Source of the DNA: Woeseiaceae bacterium
GTDB taxonomy: Bacteria > Pseudomonadota > Gammaproteobacteria > Steroidobacterales > Woeseiaceae
Length of the DNA stretch: 64,000 nt
Assembly: GCA_013001045.1 (NCBI GenBank)
Contig: JABDNG010000068.1
Location: 7,789-71,788 of the forward strand
Direction: 5' to 3'
Below, piece after piece: positions 53,126 through 59,430 of the stretch (position 1 is the stretch's first letter; every line of letters starts with the position of its first letter). The notes beneath the pieces are model-generated. The model was not told the DNA's origin. It saw only the letters and a program-made list of their open reading frames with translations, and ran no database searches. Made by a program: the position numbers and the translations under genes.

Positions 53126-53902
53126 ATGACGGTATCGGGCACTAACTTTGGTAAGGCGGCAGAAGACTACGGCACTTTTCGGGCCGGCTTCCCGGAATCG
53201 ATTTTTGATCGGCTTGCCGCGTTCAATATTGGATTGCCGGATCACACCGTAATCGATCTCGGGACTGGAACCGGAACATTAGCGCGTGGATTTGCGCTCA
53301 GGGGCAGCAAGGTAATCGGCGTTGACCCGGATCCCCGAATGATCGGTGAGGCAAAAAAGCTGGATCGACAGAATAAAGTCAGCATCAGGTACGTGGAGGC
53401 AAGAGCCGAGTCCACGGGCCTGGACAGCAGCGCTGCCGATGTTGTCACGGCGGGTCAGTGTTGGCACTGGTTCGATCAGCCTCGGGCAATTGCAGAGGTA
53501 ATTCGCTTGCTCAAGCCTGGCGGGAAACTTGTCATCGCCAACTTCGATTGGCTGCCACTGGCCGGGAACGTGGTCGAGGCCACGGAAGCGTTGATAATGC
53601 AGTACAACCCTGACTGGCAATTTGGTGGCGGTGTCGGAATGTACCCACAGTACCTTCCGGTTTTGAGCGGGGCCGGTATTCAAGACATTCAGACGTTTTC
53701 CTATGACATGGATGTGCCTTATTCGCCAGAGGCGTGGAGAGGCCGTATCCGCGCAAGTGCGGGCGTCGCTGCATTGAGTGCGGCCGCAGCTCGCAAGTTT
53801 GATACGGGTCTTAAAGAGTTGCTTTCCGCCCGGTTTCCATCGAGCGTCCTCGCGGTACCCCATCGCGTATTCGCAATTGTCGCGGAGGCGGCAAACAAAT
53901 GA
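53126..53902 (+). CDS. Class I SAM-dependent methyltransferase
   Basis: DLGTGTG motif I, GVDP, DVVTAGQCWHWF and LKPGG. Confidence 0.9.
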   Translation: MTVSGTNFGKAAEDYGTFRAGFPESIFDRLAAFNIGLPDHTVIDLGTGTGTLARGFALRGSKVIGVDPDPRMIGEAKKLDRQNKVSIRYVEARAESTGLDSSAADVVTAGQCWHWFDQPRAIAEVIRLLKPGGKLVIANFDWLPLAGNVVEATEALIMQYNPDWQFGGGVGMYPQYLPVLSGAGIQDIQTFSYDMDVPYSPEAWRGRIRASAGVAALSAAAARKFDTGLKELLSARFPSSVLAVPHRVFAIVAEAANK

Positions 53903-54100
53903 CCGCCACTCCCCGGAAGCAGCCGGTCAAAAGGCTGATTTCTGGTTAGTCTGAAGATCCGACCTGGGGAAGAAGGGGTGTCCTCGTTTTCACCGTCGGA
54001 AGCCTTTCTTCCGATCGTCCACCGGTTGAAACCGCACTCGCATAGCCGCCGTTGGAACGATCCGGGGTAAAATGTCGGCTACTGACCCGCAGCAGCCATT
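53898..54100. repeat. Palindromic repeat cluster 2
   Basis: 53898 AATGACCGCC-ACTCCCCGGA-AGCAGCCGGT, overlapping the MTase stop. Partial copy ...CTCGCAT-AGCCGCCGTT ending 54053, then a 17-bp spacer, then 54071 AATGTCGGCT-ACTGACCCGC-AGCAGCCATT. Confidence 0.8.
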
Positions 54101-54139
54101 TGATGACGGATGCTGATTCGACTGTTAACTGCCAATACA

Positions 54140-54520
54140 ATGAAGATTATTGAACTCGACCATTACAACTTGCGCGCGCCCCGCGAGCTTCTTGAGAGAT
54201 TGCGCCTCTTTTACACAGAAACAGTGGGATTGTCCGTCGGGTACCGGCCGCGTTTCCAGAAGTTTGGCTACTGGCTCTACGCGGGTGACCATGCTGTCTT
54301 ACATTTGTCTGAATCTTCGCAAGATAATGTGATGCCAACTGATCAAACTTCATTCAATCATGCGGCGTTCAATTGCTCAGGTCTTGAAGAATTCCAACAG
54401 CGGCTTTCGAAACTCGGAGTTGAATACAGCACTGCTCGTGTTCCCGAGCTGAAGCGAGTTCAGTTATTCTTTAGTGACCCTGCTGGCAATGGCGTTGAGC
54501 TTAGCTTCCCTGATGATTAG
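54140..54520 (+). CDS. VOC/glyoxalase family protein
   Basis: LDHYNL, FY...GL..G.RP.F...GYWLY, HAAF and F..DP.GN.VEL motifs. Confidence 0.88.
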   Translation: MKIIELDHYNLRAPRELLERLRLFYTETVGLSVGYRPRFQKFGYWLYAGDHAVLHLSESSQDNVMPTDQTSFNHAAFNCSGLEEFQQRLSKLGVEYSTARVPELKRVQLFFSDPAGNGVELSFPDD

Positions 54521-54571
54521 TTCGGCAATAGATGGCTTCACAAGTTCATGATGTCGTGTGCGGTACGCTCG

Positions 54572-54696
54572 AACGTCAGGATCTGGCCGTTCTGAGCCGG
54601 TCATCACGAAGATCAACCAACGACTTCTGTGGTTCGCAAAGCCGCGGGCCGAACGATCTGCGGCAAAATAACAGCTGCTGACGCTAAGCCGACATC
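54572..54696. repeat. Palindromic repeat cluster 3 (triplet)
   Basis: 54572 AACGTCAGGA-TCTGGCCGTT-CTGAGCCGGT; 54619 AACGACTTCT-GTGGTTCGCAA-AGCCGCGGGC; 54667 AATAACAGCT-GCTGACGCTA-AGCCGACATC. Both spacers are 17 bp. Confidence 0.78.
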
Positions 54697-54743
54697 AATA
54701 GGCACATCCCAGAATTGACTACATTGGCAGTCGTGGGAAAATT

Positions 54744-54860
54744 GGTACTGCGATAAAGGCAAACCTGGTGAAAACTAGGGACGCAAAGCCACGGGTCCTC
54801 GCTTCCTCCGAGAAGCCACCGCCCACTCCCCGAAGGACCCCAGGATGGCCGGGCTGCCAG
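54744..54860 (+). ncRNA. c-di-GMP-I (GEMM) riboswitch
   Basis: GGCAAACC-TGGT-GAAA-ACTA-GGGACGCAAAGCC-ACGGGTCCT...GGATGGCCGGGCTGCC matches the GEMM consensus. It sits in the 5' leader of the CDS at 54895. Confidence 0.88.
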
Positions 54861-54894
54861 GCCCGAGTTTCAGGCCGATTATGGAGGGCTGGCT

Positions 54895-56550
54895 ATGCGT
54901 AGTTTATTATTTCTACTAACACTCTTTCTCACTGCGTGCGGCGGTAACGGCGCCGGGTTCGACGTCGCGCCAGAACCAGTCCAGCATGCGCCCGAGATAT
55001 CGAACTTGAAGCTGTCCCCGGACAGCGCCCTGCACATGGCGGGAGGTGGTAGCGTTCAGGTAACGGCGGAGTTTGCTTTTATCGACCTCGGGCGGGATAT
55101 CCAGACGCTGCACGTCAGGATGTCGGACGGCACGGACCTATCGATTCCGGTCTCCAAATCGGCCAATTCGGTATCCGGAACGTTAAACGAGACGTTCGAT
55201 GTGACCACGGCTAATGGCTATGGCTGCACAATCGAAATCTGGCTGGTCGACAAGGCGGGCCAAAGTTCGAATCACTTGTTTGCGGTTCTTTCGATTATTA
55301 GACATGCGCCCGAAATCTCAAACCTGCAGCTGTCCCCGGACAGCGCACTGTATAGGGAGGGAAACGGCAGTATCGTTGTTACGGCAGAGATTACGTTCAG
55401 GGATGCCGGACGGGACCTACAGACGCTCTGGATTCAGTTGCCGGATGGCACAAGTATCGAATTCGATGAGCCCATTGCTACGGAGACGGGCACGCTCACC
55501 AAAGACTTCACGATATCGACGGAAACGGTTGGCGCATTAGCGGTCGAGTTCTGGCTGGTTGATAAAGCTGGAGAGAGCTCGACTCATCACTCTACGGAGT
55601 TCATTGTTACCTGGAACGCGCAGAGCAGCGACTGGAGCAGTCGTCTGAGCGGGCTGCCGTACGCCTTGCACGACGTCATATGGGATGGATCAGCCTTTGT
55701 CGCCGTTGGCGACAGCGGTGCAGTTCTGACCTCGGCTGATGGCATTGACTGGGTGACACGACTTTCAGGTATCGACGCTGACCTGAATGCGGTTGCAGCC
55801 TACGGCTCGGATATTTTTGCTGTTGGTTTCGAGACCGTGCTGCATTCGACTGACCACGGCGCGACCTGGGTTGCGAAGGCCGCGCCTGCATACATCGTTC
55901 TGTCGGCGGTTGCTATTAACTCATCACACGTTGTTGTCGCCGGGAATGTACCCGATCTTTTCGGTTCTCTCATTTATATTTCCGCGGACCGTGGCGACAC
56001 GTGGCAAGATACAAGTATCAACTGCGGATACTTTTGCGGTCTCTTTGCTGATCTTTACTATCGAGACGGGCTTTTCATTGCGGCGACCACAGGTTTTGGC
56101 TCTGGGGGTCGAGCAATGGTGTCGTCCGATGCGGCGGTGTGGACCGTAATCTTCTATGACGAAGGAGCGGGGTTATTCGCAATCGTCCACGATGGCAGCC
56201 AATACGTCGTGTCCGGCGGCAATGGCGCGGTGTTTAAGTCTTTCGACGGACTCAACTGGACGAAGACGCACCCGCTGGTCGCAGACGTCGACTACCTGAG
56301 CGGAGCATGGAACGGTTCAAAACTAGTGCTTGCCGGCGGCTACTCCTGGCGGTACTACAGCCGCCGTGTTGTTCCACCGCTTGAAGTCCCGGTCGGAATT
56401 TCCAGCACTGATGGTGGCGTGACCTGGGAGGTCTTCAACATCGACGGCAATTACCAGAGCAGCGGCATGGCCTTTGGAAACGGGCGGTTCGTATCGGTCG
56501 GACAATCGGCGCCGGTATCCGGCGAGGGTGCCATCTACACCGCTGATTGA
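54895..56550 (+). CDS. Lipoprotein with two tandem Ig-like repeats and a BNR/Asp-box beta-propeller
   Basis: LTAC lipobox, duplicated HAPEISNL.LSPDSAL unit, and several S.DG..W Asp-box motifs. Confidence 0.78.
   Translation: MRSLLFLLTLFLTACGGNGAGFDVAPEPVQHAPEISNLKLSPDSALHMAGGGSVQVTAEFAFIDLGRDIQTLHVRMSDGTDLSIPVSKSANSVSGTLNETFDVTTANGYGCTIEIWLVDKAGQSSNHLFAVLSIIRHAPEISNLQLSPDSALYREGNGSIVVTAEITFRDAGRDLQTLWIQLPDGTSIEFDEPIATETGTLTKDFTISTETVGALAVEFWLVDKAGESSTHHSTEFIVTWNAQSSDWSSRLSGLPYALHDVIWDGSAFVAVGDSGAVLTSADGIDWVTRLSGIDADLNAVAAYGSDIFAVGFETVLHSTDHGATWVAKAAPAYIVLSAVAINSSHVVVAGNVPDLFGSLIYISADRGDTWQDTSINCGYFCGLFADLYYRDGLFIAATTGFGSGGRAMVSSDAAVWTVIFYDEGAGLFAIVHDGSQYVVSGGNGAVFKSFDGLNWTKTHPLVADVDYLSGAWNGSKLVLAGGYSWRYYSRRVVPPLEVPVGISSTDGGVTWEVFNIDGNYQSSGMAFGNGRFVSVGQSAPVSGEGAIYTAD
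54985..55620 (+). repeat. Intragenic tandem duplication, 318-bp (106-aa) period
   Basis: CATGCGCCCGARAT...CTGTCCCCGGACAGCGC at 54985 and again at 55303. Confidence 0.85.
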
Positions 56551-56568
56551 TGAGAACGACGAGCAATG

Positions 56569-56645
56569 AAGGTCTGCAAATGGCCGTAAGCAGCCTTTGG
56601 GCTGATAAACTGCTGAACGACTGCTACTGATCCATTGCAGCTGTT
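56569..56645. repeat. Palindromic repeat cluster 4 (doublet)
   Basis: 56569 AAGGTCTGCA-AATGGCCGTA-AGCAGCCTTT; 17-bp spacer; 56616 AACGACTGCT-ACTGATCCAT-TGCAGCTGTT. Confidence 0.82.
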
Positions 56646-56651
56646 TACATT

Positions 56652-57503
56652 ATGAAAGTCGATCGAATACAGAAGATCATGTTGCAGGTGGCGTTCCTGC
56701 AGATATTCATAGCCGATGCTGCATTTGCAGATGAGCTAATTGTATTCGTGCATCCAGAAGAAGCTCAAGAGGTGATCGAGCGTAACGAAATGCAATACGA
56801 GGAGATTCGTTGGCACTCCTTTCCCAATCACATTCGTATAGCGAAGATCAGGGTCGAACTGTTGCATGAGCCTGGGGCTGAAATCAGCATCACGCCATTT
56901 GACGATGTCACTCCAGTTTTTGTTGTAAGCGAGGGCATTACAGAAAGTAAGTGGACCGGCGTAAAGACGCGCGGGGGAGTCCCGAAAGACATTCTCAAAG
57001 TTGAACTTGAGAGGCAAGGGGCTTCGGGGATATATGACGAACTGGTTCGACAGTTCAACTTGGTCGAATTACGGGTCGGAACAGTCCTAAGGGACCGCGA
57101 TACGGGGGAAGCCATAGCGTATCAGGGCCAATACAAGCTTGTACCCGCCGGGCAGGAAATCGGTCCCATACTAAGCAATGTACCGGTGTTTAGTGAGGAA
57201 CAGGTAAAGGAACAGACTTACGTCTATGGCACCATTAAGGTACTTGACCCCCTGGCCGGGGCTGGGACTTTACGGTCGTTTACAATTAAGCGGCTGGACA
57301 ATGATGCCGAGTATGTGATGATTTATGAGTGGGATAATTCCAAGAATCATTATCTGATGGAGCCGCCGCATGATCCTGCGGCATGGGCCGAATCGGAGCT
57401 GGGGCAGAAATACGAAAGCCTCCGCAAAGAGAAAGAAGCATACTTGGCGCAAGTAGCTGAACGAATTGCAAAACGAAATCAAAGTCGGGGCGCGCAAGAC
57501 TGA
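56652..57503 (+). CDS. Hypothetical exported protein
   Basis: 283-aa ORF with a signal-like N-terminus (AFA); lower GC; no recognised family. Confidence 0.65.
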   Translation: MKVDRIQKIMLQVAFLQIFIADAAFADELIVFVHPEEAQEVIERNEMQYEEIRWHSFPNHIRIAKIRVELLHEPGAEISITPFDDVTPVFVVSEGITESKWTGVKTRGGVPKDILKVELERQGASGIYDELVRQFNLVELRVGTVLRDRDTGEAIAYQGQYKLVPAGQEIGPILSNVPVFSEEQVKEQTYVYGTIKVLDPLAGAGTLRSFTIKRLDNDAEYVMIYEWDNSKNHYLMEPPHDPAAWAESELGQKYESLRKEKEAYLAQVAERIAKRNQSRGAQD

Positions 57504-57563
57504 CCACGAAGTTCATTATTTACCGGTTTCTGCGTGTGACAAGAAAATTTCGTGCGCGAACTG

Positions 57564-57688
57564 ACCGGCCGCTATTGGCCGACTGCAGAAGTCCAGCTGG
57601 AACCTGGAAAAACGACTGCTTCACTTCGCATACCCGCCGGTCGATTGAGGTAGGGTAAACTGTCGGCTACTGACCCATTGCCGCCATT
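57564..57688. repeat. Palindromic repeat cluster 5 (triplet)
   Basis: 57564 ACCGGCCGCT-ATTGGCCGAC-TGCAGAAGTC; 57611 AACGACTGCT-TCACTTCGCAT-ACCCGCCGGT; 57659 ACTGTCGGCT-ACTGACCCAT-TGCCGCCATT. Both spacers are 17 bp. Confidence 0.82.
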
Positions 57689-57715
57689 TGTCAATTTGTC
57701 ACGCAGGAAAAAATT

Positions 57716-58081
57716 ATGAGCTACATTGACGGATTTGTTATCGCCGTGCCGACCGCAAAGAAACAAGAATATATCGAGCACGCCAAGCTCGGCGACAGCG
57801 TGTTCATGGAATTCGGGGCGACACGGATTGTCGAATGCTGGGCAGACGATGTGCCCACTGGTGAGGTGACCGATTTTCGCAAGTCGGTTCAGGCGACGGC
57901 CGATGAAACGGTCGTATTCTCCTGGATCGAATGGCCTGACAAGGAAACGCGCGATGCCGGCATGAGTAAAATGATGTCGGACGAATTTAACGACGAGCGG
58001 ATGGATCCGAACAAAAATCCCGCGCCGTTCGACGGCAAGCGCCTGATCTACGGCGGCTTCATGCCGATTGTCGAACTTTGA
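57716..58081 (+). CDS. DUF1428 family protein
   Basis: YIDGFV.AVP, VECW.DDVP.G..TDF, VVFSWI.W and PFDGKR.IYGGF motifs. Confidence 0.9.
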   Translation: MSYIDGFVIAVPTAKKQEYIEHAKLGDSVFMEFGATRIVECWADDVPTGEVTDFRKSVQATADETVVFSWIEWPDKETRDAGMSKMMSDEFNDERMDPNKNPAPFDGKRLIYGGFMPIVEL

Positions 58082-58192
58082 ATGCACCAGTTCTTGCTGA
58101 CGTAACCGAAGATGCATGAGAAAAGACGCTCTGGCGGGAAGTAGGTAAGAATCTCTGCAATCGTGCTGTTCGGTCGCCCCCGTGCAGAGCTG

Positions 58193-58288
58193 ACTGTCCG
58201 CTCCTGGTGAAAGCAGACATTAGCGATCTCGAGCGGCTTCTGGGCTAGAGTGGCTCAAATGGGCCGCAGATGACCCAAAGCGTTCGCT
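58193..58288. repeat. Palindromic repeat cluster 6
   Basis: 58193 ACTGTCCGCT-CCTGGTGAA-AGCAGACATT; orphan right arm AGCGGCTTCT 58232-58241; 17-bp spacer; 58259 ATGGGCCGCA-GATGACCCAA-AGCGTTCGCT. Confidence 0.75.
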
Positions 58289-58393
58289 CACATCATTTTG
58301 GCGACTAGCACTAGCTCTACTGTGGAGTCGCAACACCATTGCCGATTTCACTCAGGCTGAAATTTTGGTAGTTTGTCTGCAGAGGATTTGAAA

Positions 58394-58894
58394 TTGCGGA
58401 TTCTTTTCAACAATCTCTTAGCGCTTTGTGTACTTGTCTGCCTCGCGGCCTGCGACCGGGACGACCGCAGGCAAGGCGACATCTACTTGCCGGAGGGTGA
58501 TGCGGCCAGGGGCGAGGTACATTTCGTGTCCCTCGGCTGCGTGAGTTGCCACAAAGTTGCTGGCGCGGAGCTGCCCGAACCTGCCGAAGCAGGTCCCGTA
58601 CTGGTCCTGCTCGGCAGCCGTACTGGCCCAAAGCCAGGGATGTCGTACGGCCGGCTAGTCACGTCAATCGTCAATCCGTCGCACAGGCTGTCGGCCCGCT
58701 ATAGCAGGGACAAGGTCTCCCAGGAGGGGGAATCCCTGATGACCTTCTATAATGACGTGTTGACGGTTACGCAGCTGACGGATCTTGTCGCGTTCCTGCA
58801 GGCGCATTACAAGAAGGCCGATCGTTCCGGTTACAAGTACCCCAGTTACACCTACCAAACCGATGACGATTCCGAAAATGCGGATCCGCCTTAG
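58394..58894 (+). CDS. Monoheme cytochrome c lipoprotein
   Basis: LAAC lipobox, LP.GD...G...F...C.SCH, SIVNPSH and DLVAFL motifs. Confidence 0.82.
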   Translation: MRILFNNLLALCVLVCLAACDRDDRRQGDIYLPEGDAARGEVHFVSLGCVSCHKVAGAELPEPAEAGPVLVLLGSRTGPKPGMSYGRLVTSIVNPSHRLSARYSRDKVSQEGESLMTFYNDVLTVTQLTDLVAFLQAHYKKADRSGYKYPSYTYQTDDDSENADPP

Positions 58895-58972
58895 CAAAAT
58901 TGCGTGATTGGCAATTTCTCTGTCGAGGTCGCACTAATCCTGAGGAATCGCTGGCGGATCCTAATAGAGTCG

Positions 58973-59002
58973 AACCTCCGCTACTGATCCAAAGCAGACG
59001 CA
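58973..59002. repeat. Palindromic repeat, single copy (7)
   Basis: AACCTCCGCT-ACTGATCCAA-AGCAGACGCA. Confidence 0.72.
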
Positions 59003-59430
59003 TGGAAAGCGGAGCCTTCCTGGGCCGCTAACAATCCAAGCTAACCAGCGGTTCCGTTCAACTGGCGATTTAATAGCGGCAACATCTTCGAGCGTGACTT
59101 GTGGGCAATAGTCTGCCTGAGTAAAACTCGCTTGAATCTCATGGTTGCCGCCACCTTCGACCTCGAACGGCACAGTAGTCATGCGTGATGTATATCCGTA
59201 CCGCTCAATTGCTGCGGACGGGGCCGCGACCTTACTCGATCTGTGCTTCACAGCGGATACCACACTCTTGGCAAGCCACGGTTTTCATCCGGGAACCGGT
59301 TTTTATTGGTAATAGGGTGCAGCGGTGCCGGCAATGAAATCGAGGGTCTGACTCACTTCCGGCTGGCTGCCTGATTTGGTAGGTTACAAAGCCACTTTGC
59401 ACGACGGTAGCCGCCACAGAAACTTTCTGC

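Noticed and set aside
54744..54860. 3',3'-cGAMP (GEMM-Ib) riboswitch variant
   Set aside because: The G20-equivalent position is G, not A.
56550..56568. GAGAACGACGAGC after the lipoprotein stop as a second attC half
   Set aside because: Lacks RYYY before AAC and is too short to support.
59188..59203. LexA box-like ATGTATATCCGTACCG upstream of the nuclease gene
   Set aside because: Mismatches in both CTG and CAG half-sites, and about 230 bp from the start codon.
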